From assembly GCF_006345805.1 (NCBI RefSeq), contig NW_021834220.1, forward strand, positions 1-64,000: a stretch of 64,000 nt of DNA, read 5' to 3'. Position numbers and translations under genes: made by a program. Origin of the DNA: Octopus sinensis. Taxonomy: Eukaryota. This document shows, in pieces, positions 25,561 to 39,319 of the stretch (its first letter is position 1; each line of letters starts with the position of its first letter). Under the pieces are notes generated by a model. The model was not told the origin of the DNA. It worked only from the letters and a program-made list of their open reading frames with translations, and ran no database searches.

Positions 25561-26350
25561 TCCTTTCTTCTATAGGCACAAGGCTTGAAACTTTGGCGGG
25601 AGGGGGTTAGTCGAGTGCATCGACCTGAGTGGGTAACTGGTAATTCATGAAAAGCAAAGTCGACATCGACGGAATTTGAACTCGGAACATAGCGACGGGC
25701 GAAATACTACTAAGCATTTCGTCCAGCGTGCTAACGATTCTGCCATCTCGCCGCCTTTAATAATAATCCTTTCTACTAAAGGCACAAGGCCCGAAATTTG
25801 GTGGGAGGGAAGTAGTCAATTACATCGACCCCAGTGTTTCACTGGTACTAAATTTATCGACCTCGAAAAGATGAAAGGCAAGGTCGACCTCGGCAGAATT
25901 TGAACTCGGACAGGTGAAATACCTATTTCTTTACTACCCAAGGGGCTAAACACAGAGAGGAAAACAAGGACAGACAAACGGATTAAGTCGGTTATATCGA
26001 CCCCAGTGCGTAACTGGTACTTATTTAATCGACCCCGAAAGGATGAAAGGCAAAGTCGACCTCGGCGGAAATTGAACTCAGAACGTAACGGCAGACGAAA
26101 TACCACTAAGCATTTCCTATAGTGTACTAACTATTCTGCCAGCTCGTCACCTTTAATAATAATTATTTCTACTAAGTGGGGAGTAGTCAATTATATCGAC
26201 CCCAGTGTTTCACTGGTATCTAATTTATCGATCCCGAAAGGATGAAATGCAAAGTCAGCCTCGACGGAATTTGAATTTAGAATAGAAGGTCGGACGAAAT
26301 GCTGTTAATCTTCTTCTCTGCCATGGTAGCGATTCAGCCAGCTTACCATC
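25390..26350 (-). mobile_element. Cluster of about five family A SINE units around (TAA)n
   Basis: Repeated atcgaccccgaaaggatgaaaggcaaagtcgacctcggcgg cores. Confidence 0.85.
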
Positions 26351-27189
26351 TCAATAAATTTCTATAATAAAATGTTACTGCTTATCTTTATATTAGCTTC
26401 TCTTACAATCTAGCAGATGTATAATCCAAGCTGTTTCAGATGTACCCATCGTGTCATTTTAGGATTATTAAGGACTACATTATCTAAAGCAATCTTGAAT
26501 CTTGTTAAATTTCTTCCAACCACTTTAAGTTTTTCGACTTTTTCACCGGATTATCTTTCAAAACTGTAGTCCTGATATAGTTTTGCATGTTGAGGACGCA
26601 CATCGTATCCATGTTTTTTTTTCTGGAAATTAATGATAAAAATACATTTAAGTAATGTAGCTTAAGCTACAAGCATTTAAAGTTACGTAATTTTAAGTGA
26701 TTGAATGAAGATCCGCAAACTTTACTTAAAAAAAAAAAATAAAAGAAAATTGCGGATAGTTTTAGCTGCTATTTGTAAGCATTTCTAGCAATCGTCTAAT
26801 ATATGAAAACAATGAAAAAGACAATAGGTCGAAGGGCCATGTAGAATTCAATCATTTATGTGTGTTTAAGTTAAATTTTTGAATCCTGTTAGGGCACACT
26901 TTACTTCTCTTTCATCTTCCCTGGGGGTCTTTAGAAGCGAACGATTAAGTTGCAAAGCGACGAATTGTTTGAATCATTATAGCAACTTATGGTTTTATTC
27001 GGTGCGTGTGGACTTTGAGTTCAATTCCTGCAGAAATCGTGATTTTTATTCCTTCATCCTGATCATGACATGGAGATTTCTACCCGGAGTCCTAGGTCTC
27101 ATAGGACAGGTTACTCATAGGACCGGATGCCATAGCGCATAAGTGACCGAAATCACATCACTACCGCTGAATAGGATGCCAGCCATGTG

Positions 27190-27700
27190 CGCGAATTTTT
27201 TTTCCCACGAGAGTTTCGGACCCCAGTTTTGATCTCATTTGCATGCAGCTAATCAGAGCTCAACTATCAAAGTAATTAATGAGCGCATAACAAGTGATGG
27301 GTGATAAGATAAAGTCTCTTGGTTAAGGAATGACCATGCTTCGTTTCACTTATAATAATGCTTGTTTTTCTTGTTCTTGTTTCAAACATGGCTGCCTCTG
27401 CGAAGTTATTTGTGTTGTTGCTTACTTTGTAACCCGCATTTCCCCATCCACCTCTTTACGATATGGGGCCCCTACCAAAATCCGATAATAGGTATAGATG
27501 CAAATCTATCTAATTACTTGTCTCCTTCTAAAACCAGGAATAACTTGGCGATCGGTCGATTTACAATACCCGTTCTTCGTTTTGAGTTCACTTGGTAGAG
27601 TGTGTTTGTTAACTTGACAACAAGGCCAAGGTGAGCTCTGATTGGCTGCATGCAAATGAGTTCATTACTGGGGTCCTAAACTCTTATCGGAAAAAAAGAA
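27190..27700. mobile_element. MITE-like element with ~65-70 bp TIRs, embedded in a minus-strand SINE (27060-27850)
   Basis: TIR tttttcccacgagagtt..ggaccccagt...ctcatttgcatgcagc.aatcagagctca; a second, inverted copy lies at 55022-55572. Confidence 0.85.
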
Positions 27701-28074
27701 CCGGTGCAGGTTTTGCTGCTGAGTGGTCGTGGAGCAACATGAAATGTATTTTCCTCAAGAAAGCAACGCTATGGCATCCGGTCCTACGAGTAACCTGTCC
27801 TATGAGACCTAGGCTCGGAATAGAAACCACGCTCTTGCGACTGTGAGTAGCACGCGCCTTTCACTCTTTCGAGGGTTCGATGAATAAGGTGCTAATCAAG
27901 AATCGAGGTCGATTTCTCGAAATCAGTTACATTGCAGAGGGTGAAGGAAGTTCATATCACGGGCCCAAAATTCTTTCATAATTACTTTGTGGATACGATA
28001 TCAATGAATGAAATGTAACTAGTATCATCGATGCAGTTATTGTTTTCCTGAGACCTAAATTTGTGGCTATGTTA

Positions 28075-28414
28075 GGACTCCCTTCGGTCATGAATGACCA
28101 TGGGATTGCACCTAGAAGTTGCCTTCCGAGGCACAAGTCCGGACATAGTTGTTTACGGAAGACCAGCAGTCGCCCATACATGCCAGCCTCCTCTCTGTTA
28201 TCTAAAGCTACCTATATTATCTAAAGGAAAAACAAAGGCCGACACAGCTTGGCTTCAGTGACGTCGCACCTCATTTCTACAGCTGATTGGACTGGAGCAA
28301 TGTGAAATAAAGTGTCTTGATCAAGAACACAACACGCAGCCCGGTCCGGGAATCATACTCACCAACTCACGATCGTAAACCCGGCGCTTAAACCATTGAG
28401 CCATGCGCCTTCAC
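28075..28414 (-). mobile_element. SINE family C
   Basis: Homologous to 9336-9662. Confidence 0.85.
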
Positions 28415-28944
28415 TGTGGTCATGTAATGATTTAAAAAATTGCAATATTTTCATTATTTGTCAGCATCAGTACATCCTACCTCTTTAAATTCTGGTTTCA
28501 AAACTGAGGTCGACTTTGTCTTTAATTTTTCAAGGTCGATTTCACTGTTCATTTATTTCGAAAGTGATAAAACAAAATACCAGTTACATGCTGGGGTGAC
28601 GATACAGTCTACACACCTCCTTTAAATTTGATGTTGTCAGCCTTATAATGAAACGAATTATTACCAATAATGTAATATAAAGGTGGTGAGCCGACGGCAT
28701 CGTTGGTGCGTCCGACAAAATGCTTAGCGGCCTTTCTTATTTGTTCTTTACGCTTTGAATTAAATTTTCGACGAGGTCGACTTCGATTTTCATCCTTTCG
28801 GGTCGATAAACGAAGTATCAGTTGAGTATTGATTTATTGTAATCGATTAAACCCCCTCTCCCTAAAATTGCTGGCCTTGTGCTAAAATAAGAAAGAAATA
28901 TTATGTATAACGTTATTCAGATGTTCACGATATTGTCAAATGTC

Positions 28945-29177
28945 AAGGCGGCAAGCTGGCAGAAACGTTAGCACGCCGGGCGAAATGCGTAGCAGTATTT
29001 CGTCTGCCGTTACGTTCTGAGTTCAAATTCCGCCGAGGTTGACTTTGCCTTTCATCCTTTCGGGACCGATAAATTAAGTACCAGTTACGCACTGGGGTCG
29101 GTATAATCGACTTAATCCGTTTGTCTGTCCTTGATTCTCCTCTCTGTGTTTAGCCCCTTGTGGGTAGTAAAGAAATA
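28945..29177 (+). mobile_element. Young family A SINE with 15-bp TSD
   Basis: GATATTGTCAAATGT at 28929-28943 and 29178-29192. Confidence 0.9.
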
Positions 29178-30199
29178 GATATTGTCAAATGTTATGCTTT
29201 AAAGAAGCTTTACTATGGAAGGAAACCGATGACACAATCAAAATATTTGCCATGATGAAAGAAGTTCGTGTGTCATACTTTAAACGTTTAACTATGAAAG
29301 GATATCAAAGACATAATTGCAATATTTAACACAATAAAGCAAGTTCGAGTGTTACGCATTCAAGAATGTTAACTGTAGTTCGAAATGCAAGACATAATCG
29401 ATATTTTAACAAAATGAAATCGATGTCTTGAAGATCTACAATTTTATACATTAAAAAATGAAGAACATTTATAAAATTTTGAATTACCACTGGTCCCGTT
29501 AGTTGTAAGGCATTATGGATAAGTACTTTTTTGACCCTTCTGTGTAACACGTTTGCTATTAGATATTTAAGCTCCTGTGGATAATAAAGAAATATTTATT
29601 ACCAGCATTAATGGATGAGAAAATGATTTTGTTGGTTTATGTTGACAACAAAGAGCTTTAGGATATTAAAGATTCACTTCATTACTTTGGCGTAAAAAGT
29701 AAGGTTTCTCTTTGTTATTCAAGACGATCAGCTCTGGAACAACGGGATGGTCTGTGATAGTCTCTGGGATAGTCTGTGCTGTCCGCAAAGGGAATTGTGA
29801 CGAATACGTTCCACAAAATTCGAAAATTTTGCAAAATATAAAAAAGAAAAAGGCATTATATATTTTAAAAAGGGAAATAGAAAAGGAAATGAAAATTGTA
29901 AAACCAACACGCCTCTTCATACAGACATTGAAATTTTAAGAAAAACAAAATGGTGAAAATGCAAATTTTTAAGACAAAGGCATTAACAACAATAGTAAAT
30001 TTTTTGCTAGTATTGCGAATCAGCAAAAAACTTAAACATAGTTCAGCTTCAAGAAAAGAAGAAAAGGGAAATGCATAGAAAATAAACATTATGCTCTTGT
30101 CAAAGTTATTCCTTAGATAAGTACAAGGAAGAACGTAATGTGAATTTGTTTTTTAAGAGGAAGTTGGAGGTTTTCTCATGATCTCGAGTGAACAATTAG

Positions 30200-30660
30200 A
30201 AGAAGCTTTGATCGATGCGGTATGACGTTATGTGCCTGGATTTTAAGATTAAGGAGAAGGCAAAGAAACAGGCTAAAGTGGTGGGTTGCACAAAACTACG
30301 GAAATGTGTGGATAGACAAAACAATGTTCTACAGCCAGGGATTATTAGAACGAACGTTGAACCTCGGGTCGCCGTCATCTTTGTGGTACAGTGCAAGCTG
30401 GTGATGGGTGAAGAGGAGACCATCATCCGCAACAATATATGAGCAGGTGGACATGATGGTCCAGATAATTTCAGAACAGTACAACGCTGTCTTGAAGTGT
30501 TAACATCATTGTCAAAGTGTAGAAGAAGTGAATCAGCCTAGTACTGCAAGGCGGAGGCTATTTGTCACACTTGTAGGAGTAAAGACCATTTGAGGAATTT
30601 CTGCCGAGATGAGGATAAAATAGAAGAGGACAAGTAGCGGAAAAGTCAACGGCAAGAGCA
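30200..30660 (+). pseudogene. Decayed gag-like ORF1 remnant with CCHC zinc knuckle
   Basis: 30563-30604 translates CHTCRSKDHLRNFC (CX2CX4HX4C); surrounding frames are disrupted. Confidence 0.55.
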
Positions 30661-31107
30661 AGCATCCATGCCTGGTATCGTTAGTGTCTGCCACCAGGCT
30701 ACCATGATTCACCACTCAGAGAATGATCAAAGTGGAAAAAATACCCCCTCCACCAGTTTCAAGTGAAATAGAAAGTAGGAACTGAAGGTTCCTCCACTGC
30801 AAAGTAATATTTTGCTTGGACAGAATCCGAAACCACGTGGTTACAAAGCAAGATTCGTCACCATGCGGCCATACTTGGCATTACTTATTCTGGCTCTGAC
30901 GTTCTGAGATCAAATCCTTTAGTTTTCTATTCTTTCCTCACTAATCACGATGGCGCTACAAAATATCATTGACGCTTCACATCCTTTATGGCTAATTCAT
31001 TCAAAACATAAATATACAAAGGGAATAAATGGAAAACCAGTTTAAATAAATATTCATAATAAAAGACTAAGTATAATGAATCGAATTAATTCTGAAGTAG
31101 TAGTAGT

Positions 31108-31307
31108 CTTTTACTTGTTTCAGTCATTTGACTGTGGCCATGCTGGAACACCGCCTTTTAGTCGACCAAAATCGACCCCAGGACTTATTCTTTGTAAGTC
31201 TAGTACTTATTCTACCGGTCTCTTTTGCCGAACCGCTAAGTTACGGGGACGTAAACACACCAGCATCGGTTGTCAAGCGATGTTGGGGGACAAACACAGA
31301 CACACAA

Positions 31308-31346
<39 letters not shown>

Positions 31347-31400
31347 ACACACACACACACACACACACGCACACACACACACACATACACACATATATAT
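31108..31400 (-). mobile_element. SINE family B, 3' half
   Basis: Homologous to 16762-16980. Confidence 0.85.
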
Positions 31401-32122
31401 AAGTTCAACATTTTAAAGAAACGAACCTTTTTTTTACAAAAGTCAACTGCTTGGTTAAAGTTTTCATTCTTGTCAAACTATTGTCTATGCTGTGATACAA
31501 TAAAACGTTTTACTGAAAACACACGAACTAGCATTTAAAAAAAAAAAATTCTAAACTGTAGACAGTGTTTGAAAGTTCTTTGAGAAGATGCAACTTCTTT
31601 GAGCGGTAGACTTAACACGTCACCCTGTTTCACATCGCTTAGTCGCTCTGCCTTCCTTGGTTACCTTAAGCAGTTGTACGCTCTTCTAAACGCTTAAAGA
31701 TTGAGGTTTCAGTCTGAGGTTAATTTTCTGCCCACCAGCCACGGAGGATTTGAATAGGATCATGGATATTATCATTCTACCATTTGTTAATTTGTAGTTT
31801 AAAAGGATTATCGAGGGTAAATCTATGAGTCCTCTCAGCTTGCTAGAAATAGCAGTCAAATCTGACTCTGATAAGGCCCAACTTTCGAGAAAACGAAGAC
31901 CCATTGGATATTGTAGCCCTGTTTGCTTCTGAGGAGGTAGGTGGTTGGTTACTGTTAGAATATTTCTGATCATTGATCTGTTTGATTATGTTTCTCTTGG
32001 GAGCTAAACAAGAAAAAGAAGAAGAAAAGAAAGAGGACGAGTAGAAGAAGAATATGAACATATTTACGTACTATTATTTATAACCCTGTGTGTGCTTCGA
32101 GACGTACTATTCCAAAAAGCAT

Positions 32123-32332
32123 TAGAGTAATCCCTCGATTATCGCGGATGTTACGTTAAAAAACCACCCACAGAAATAATTAAACTCTAAAAAAAATATA
32201 AATACCTATGGGCCGCAGAAACTCGAATATACTGAGAAGTCCGCGATATGAATTTACATATATTAACTAGAAAAATCCGCGATGTATTCAGTGCGCGATA
32301 GGTGAACCGCGATATGGCGAACGATTGCTGTA
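32123..32332. mobile_element. Tigger/pogo-like MITE
   Basis: Degenerate TIRs TAgagtaatccctcgattatcgcgg.../...ccgcgatatggcgaacgattgctgTA. Confidence 0.65.
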
Positions 32333-32681
32333 CTTTACGTTCTCTCGAAATTTTATGAAATTCTTATGACGTTGATATAATACAATTCGCGCTGCTAACA
32401 ATAAAGTTTCTAAAATCGATAGAAAAAAATCGAAGGAATGTTTTGGTCAAATGGTAGAACGCCTATAGTAGCTAGAGGAGATGTAGGTTCGTGTTTCACA
32501 ATTAATATTTTCAATATTTTCTGTCGCAAAAAGATTTTCAGCCCAGTCTTTACATGGTATTATCTATAGTTTTATCTGTGCTTCAAAATTCGGTTGTCCA
32601 CAAAGGGATTATGCATATTATACATACATACAAACACACACACCCACACATATACATACACACACACATACATACATACAT

Positions 32682-33015
32682 GTCCTGTTATTATTATTAT
32701 TATTTTTATTATATTTTGTATTTATACTTGTGTAGCATCGTCTGTTGTTCCGTCCTTGTTGTCGTATACGTTCGATGCTTTCTTTCAAGGAATCTAATGC
32801 TCTTAACTTAGTTTTTCCTTGGGGCTGGCCAGATTGGAGCAATCTCAAGATTAATCAGCCGAAATTGCGAGGATGATCCAGTTCTTGACTGAGGATAGAA
32901 AACTTCGAATGACCCGTCCTTGTTTTTTTGTATCGTCTATCTGGATGTTTAGTTGTCCCTTTTTCTTTTTGTATCATCTAGTTGTCCGGATGTTTTGCGT
33001 TCTTGTCCCATTTTG

Positions 33016-33020
<5 letters not shown>
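32682..33020 (+). repeat. Unclassified interspersed repeat between microsatellites
   Basis: Second copy at 60412-60698 (ccttggggctggcc.gattggagc.atctcaagattaatcagccgaaattgcgaggatgatcc). Confidence 0.8.
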
Positions 33021-33081
<61 letters not shown>

Positions 33082-33997
33082 CAGCGTACGTAGACTTTTT
33101 TCTTTATATATATATATAGATAGATATATTTATGTATGTATATATTATATTGTAGGAACGAGACAATTGACATCTCGCACTTGTCTTCGTATTCCAGCAG
33201 CAACCAAACCACATACAAAAATACAAAACAAAACAAACAACTACAAATAATCAACAACAAATTAGTAAACGAATAAAGCAAAACAAAGACAAAACAAGAA
33301 CATAAACATTACCACCACCACCACCACCAACAACAACAACATTTTTATCCAACAAACCTTGACTGTAGTCCAAAGTGTTGATTGGTCTGTTGTAATGTAA
33401 GAAACCGTTTGTGTAATAAGCTTTGTTGTAATAAAAGGATTTTTGTTTTGCTTTGGATTTTTTTTTTGCTTTTTGTATGTCGTTGAATGTTTATTGTACA
33501 GTGAGTGGTATGGGTGGTATGCTTAGAAGTGATAAAAGAAGTGTGATAATTTGGCCCAACCTTGTTGAGTGTGTGTGTGTAGATATATATATGTATATAC
33601 AAACATATATACACACATATATATGTATATATACACATATGTATATATGTATATATACACACACATATATATATATATATATAATATATATATATATAAT
33701 ATATATATATATATACATACATATATACACTATACGGACGCACATATATAAACACATATGCATACACATACTCGTATGTGTGTAATATGTGTACATTTAT
33801 AAGCGTATACACTTATGCGAATATATGAATATATATATGCATATATATTTACGAATATGTATATACACCCATACATATACACACGCATATGTGTACTCAT
33901 ATGTATGTATACACACACACACACATATATATATGTATGTATATATATATATTTGTACATTCATTTATGTACATATATATATATATTCAATATATTT

Positions 33998-34052
<55 letters not shown>

Positions 34053-35180
34053 AATAAGCACACGCACACATATACATGAAGAGAACCGACATCAAAGGAA
34101 AATATTCGTCTTTGACTGTTTTAAGAAGTAGTTCCAACGTATTCTTCACAGTTCGTTGCAGTCTTTTACCAAACGAACTCCAAGACTTTGAGATTTAGGC
34201 AAGAAAATTCCCAGAACATTTTCACTCCGTTCTAAATACAATTATAATGCTGTTGTGTTTCTTGTTATTATCTGATCCCGGTTTAGTTCAGATCGGACGC
34301 ACATTAAGAATAGCATCCTGCACTTAACAGTATGTTCTGCACGCAGATGGCAGCCTTGGGAAATTCTTTAATGTCAATACTATCAATTGCCTAATCTGAG
34401 AAGTATATTTATCAAAAAATTTGAGACTTAATAGCCAAATCTTTCTCATATTGTAGCTAAATGTCTAAAGGAAACAGAAAAAAGAACCCAAAAGAAATAC
34501 AAAAACTATATCTTGGGCAATATAATAGTTCACATGCAAAGAATGAAATGTCTATGGTTGGAGCGCCTTTAATCATATGTCTACTCAGTCCGACTTTCGT
34601 GGTTATGTGTCCCCTCTACTTTGCTGAGAAGGCTGAATAAAAATGAAACATTTCCCCTGCTTTTGCCAAAGCTTTCAAGATTTAAACAAATGCTTATTCT
34701 TTCATAAAGTTACTTAAGTGTTGGTCGATCGAAACTTTGGCTATTATATCACATTGAGAAAAATTTTAAGCCCTTTCAAAGTAATTGTCTTTAACCTTAA
34801 TAGATTTTTCTTTGCCATTAAGATTTTAAATTCTTCTGATTAAGAATAATTGTCAGCCCACCATATTGTATAGAATCTTGCATTTAATTATATATACGTA
34901 ATCATGACAAACGTATGATATTTATATTAGAATAGGAAAAAACAAAAAAAAAAAAACAAAAGAAAAGAATCAATTATAGATACAGGATGTGGTGAAGAAA
35001 ATCAACATTAAGATGAATATTGTACAAGTTCTGGTGTTAGTAAATCTTAAGGATTTACTAAAAGTTCTGTCGAAATCTACGTTTGGTTAAATTCTTCGTC
35101 GATTATGATATCTCTGATGAGGAACAAATCAAAATTCGCCCCAAGAAAATGGAAACAAAATAATAATGATAATAATAATA

Positions 35181-35237
<57 letters not shown>

Positions 35238-35239
<2 letters not shown>

Positions 35240-35793
35240 GCCCTGATGCAGTACCAGGCAGTGGCTCTCATGGCTTCTGATCTTAACTGATTGGAAGTTT
35301 TATCATGTACATTGTTTTGTCTTGGTATAAAAGATGGGCTACAGCAAATATTCTGCTCAATACCACAGATTTGCTTGTCAGTTGTTTGACCATAACCAGT
35401 TGAGCATGTCCCTTAGTGGCTGACGATATGTGCATCTCTGATCACGAGCAGAAGTAGTGGGGGAGCATCATAGCCATGTGTTGAGAGGGATTCTTTGGGG
35501 TTTGAATAATTCACCTCTGGAAACATGGGTGGTTCTTTCAACATCCTTAAACAACCTTTATTCAGGGACCTTTTGAGCGGGATGGGCTACTCAACCTGAA
35601 GAAAATTCTAACTGGGCCCCACCTGCAAGGTCATGTGCTGTTTATCTTGATATGAGATCACCATGTCGCGCACATATGGTTGTGATGCATGTGCCTGGTG
35701 TACCCTTATCAAACGGGTAGTCATGATGGGTATATTGGGCTTCGTATATTTTACCCCAGTGTCACTTTGATGGCATGCACTGCTCTCTCACTC
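35238..35793 (+). mobile_element. Non-coding retroposon-like repeat inserted in (TAA)n
   Basis: Flanked by (TAA)n on both sides; a 5'-truncated copy with the same 3' end lies at 51346-51802. Confidence 0.8.
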
Positions 35794-35828
<35 letters not shown>

Positions 35829-35845
35829 TGATGATGATGATGATG

Positions 35846-35899
<54 letters not shown>

Positions 35900-36889
35900 G
35901 CAATAATAATGATAATAACCACGCTTACTATCCCTACAGGAAGTGCAAAAAATCGTATTAACTGGAACGGCTCATGTACTGAGAAGAGCATTATCGCTGT
36001 GAAAACAACATCCATTCACGAATTTATTTATTTATTAATTTTAAATACATATTTTACCTGTGAATTTGCGCCTGTAATCTGGGAATGCATACAATGAGAT
36101 TCTCTGCCCAAGGTGTACGGAAAACACTCGGCGAGAAACGGAAGAAAATGTGAAGAAAGAAGGAAAAAAATACTAATAAAGAAAAGTAATAGAAGAAATA
36201 CTCATCTTGACTGCTATAGTGATATCTTACTCAAATTCCCATTGGAAAAGGATATTATTACTGGTCAGTAAAATATTAGCAAATAGGAAAAAATCCCACT
36301 TAGACGTCTCGAAAACGATGTAAAAATGTTATTAAAGAAGCATATAAACGTGATGCTACTGCCATAACGGATGCCAAATGTTATAAGAATTTATCTGAAA
36401 ACTGTTGAAAAAGTAGTATCTTTTACTCTGAATTAACTGCAAATAGAGATCATCACATTAGAAAGCAGCAAAGTATTCTGGTTTCAAAACATCACAATTC
36501 ACTTATCACTAACGATGAGGACTGCACTACCAGTTTTGAACCAAAACCTAGACAACTTTAATGACCGCGATAAATGAATAATCTACGAAATTCGAAATAC
36601 AGTAGACGTACAAAGTGATGAAAGTGTAAAACTTCGGAAACCAAAAGCCTTAAAACTTAGATCCAACGTAGTTGTTACTAAATTTGTGGTACTGTCATGT
36701 AACCACATTTGCACCGGTATAAGCAAACTCAGTGACGGAATACTTGGATCAAAAACTGTACCCAAAATTAGATGAAAACTATGGTATCAATATTCAAAGA
36801 TATATCTATGTCTAATATATATTTGAGTCAGCAAGAAATCTTCACTTGGAGAGGATTTCTTGGTGTTTATTTTTTTAATTTGTACACGT

Positions 36890-37278
36890 CGGAGTGGCTA
36901 TGTGCTAAGTAGCTTGCTAACTAATCACATGGTTCTGGGTTCAGTCCCACTGCGTGGTACCTTGAGCAAGTGTATTCTACTATAGCCTCGGGCCGACCAA
37001 AGCCTTGTGAGTGGATTTGGTAGACGGAAACTGAAAGAAGCCCGTTGTATATTTGTATGTATGTGTGTATGTTTGTGTGTCTGTGTTTGTCCCCCCCAAC
37101 ATCGCTTGATAACCAATGCCGCTATGTTTACGTCCCCGTAACTTAGCGGTTTGGCAAAAGAGCCGATGGAATAAGTACTAGGCTTACAAAGAATAAGTCG
37201 TGGGGTCGATTTGGTCGACTAAAAGCGGTGCTCCAGTATGGCCATAGTCAGATGGCTGAAACAAGTAAAAGAGTAAAG
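36890..37278 (+). mobile_element. SINE family B, full length
   Basis: Homologous to 24815-25212. Confidence 0.9.
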
Positions 37279-37430
37279 AGGAAAGAGTAATCGTAAATAC
37301 TTTAGCATAATTCAGCGTCCTTCTGAACAGTCCATGCCTTAAACTAAAATTTAGAAAAGAGGCAAACACTACAAAATCGTAATTTCTGGACATAATAAGC
37401 CGCCTATACTTGAATACATCTCAGTCAACA

Positions 37431-37562
37431 ACAACTCCCTCCATGAATGGGCCATGATATTACAAAACTTGACTTTAAAATGACTTAACAGATCCTACTA
37501 GGCGGTGCTATTAAGTTAGACATCACTTGGGACAATCCATGCCCGAAACATGTATGAGTTGT
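37431..37562 (+). ncRNA. Degenerate long-loop hammerhead motif
   Basis: ACAACTC..ctccATGA..GGGC...GCCC-GAAA-CATG-TA-tGAGTTGT. Stems are intact but the CUGANGA box is mutated. A related 3' half lies at 6045-6092. Confidence 0.45.
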
Positions 37563-38221
37563 CGAAGTTAATACCAACATCATATCGGATATATTTAATA
37601 ATCATTTATACACACCAGAATCTGAAGTTTAAATCATGCCATTTAGTCCATACTAAATATAACACTTCATACTGAGTAGCTAGGAATATTCTTACCGTTA
37701 TTGATTTAAATTTGAAAAAAGAACAGGTCGAAGAACTGAAAAGATGTCTTCTGAAAGAAAAATATCCACATCTATTTATATAATGTAATAAAATGGTATT
37801 CATCGTCCACATCAGAACATCGAGTATCATCGACACACTTTTATTGTTTTTACTGTCTTTTTGTTCTTACTGTCCTGTTCTTGTTACCACTTTTACCCCT
37901 CCGCAAAAAATCTCAAATTTTAATTTGCTTTGCGGGAAGGACTGTTTCAACGATGTCGCGTCTTGTCCTTACCTTCGAAACGCGGAGTAGACGAAACAGG
38001 GACAACTGAAGAAGGAGAATATTCCTTGTGTTGTATGTCTTGTATTCTGTTTTTTCGTTGTTTGAAAAAAAGTCCGTTTCCATGTTTTTGCTTTTGTTTT
38101 CGTTTCTCATTGTGTTCAACGTTTTTTTTATGTCCTGTACCCATATATGCATGTACATATGCATATAGATGTAGGTATGTACATATATGTATGTATATAT
38201 GCATATATTTATATATTATTT

Positions 38222-38260
<39 letters not shown>

Positions 38261-38777
38261 AAAAAATAGACGCACATACACACACTCCAACACGCACGCA
38301 CACACAAGCACTCACACACACACACATACACGCGCGTGCGCACGCCGGCAAAACAATTAGCAGCGTTTAGTTCGTTTTTACGTTCAAATTCCGCCGAGAT
38401 CTTTTGCGCTCAATAAAACAAGTACCGGTTGATCAGTGGCTCAATTTATTGGATGTATCCCCTCCCAAGAAACTGCTGGATTTGAGCCAAAATTTGAAAT
38501 AAATATGCGTATATATATATTTACTACAGATGCACACAAACATATATGCATAAATACACAGTAGCAAAACCAAAACCAAAACAGGTCAACGCTATTTTTC
38601 TTCTTTTTACAGGTGGACAGCTATTTTTGTATATAATCAAATATCAGTGATCCTAAAATATATTTGTTTGGATACAAAGAACAAAAATCCCCCCAAAACT
38701 TCACAACAGAAGCCATAACAATATATTAACACCGCTAACTGATCGACTAGAAAATATGCCACGTCTGTGCATTGCTA

Positions 38778-38813
<36 letters not shown>

Positions 38814-38947
38814 GCATATACATATATATGTATATATATGCATGCATGTATATATGTGTGTGTGTGTTTGAATAGTGATTCTGCAGGGTAGTGAATGTGA
38901 AAACGGTATACACAGCGTTGGTGTCATCAAAAGCTCTCCTCCAAGAA

Positions 38948-38994
38948 TTATCCAACAGCTAAACCAAACACCAATCGCAAAAATATTCCTGCAG
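38948..38994 (-). CDS. Putative terminal coding exon: (T)AGIFLRLVFGLAVG*, hydrophobic tail
   Basis: Long pyrimidine tract plus ccatcacAG acceptor; phase 1 matches the upstream exon; TAA at 38950-38948. Confidence 0.6.
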
Positions 38995-39190
38995 CTGTGA
39001 TGGAATGGTTAAAAAAAAAAAAAGAGAAAGAAAAACAAATGGAGGAAAAGTTGCTGCAATCATCTACATTTTACGTGGTAGCCATTTCGATTTCTTTTCA
39101 TCCTTCTCGAGTCTACTGTATAATAGGTTTTATTAGATAGAAATGTATATTAGTTTTCCATGTGTGTATGTATATATATGTATATATGTA

Positions 39191-39237
<47 letters not shown>

Positions 39238-39262
39238 GTATAGAAATATATATATGTATATA

Positions 39263-39319
<57 letters not shown>

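Noticed and set aside
29200-30100. AT-rich stretch with a coding-like feel (also 36300-36800)
   Set aside because: All frames are interrupted and no motif could be identified; possibly ancient TE debris but unsupported.
32880-32925. CTGAGGA...GAAT hammerhead-like string (paralog at ~60610)
   Set aside because: GAAA and stem I are absent, and the paralog lacks the CUGA box.
35110-35160. CTGATGA followed by GAAA
   Set aside because: Stems I and III cannot be formed.
37960-38030. Possible type II hammerhead (cttcGAAAcgcg...CTGAAGAaggag)
   Set aside because: There is no UH after stem III and no convincing stem I.
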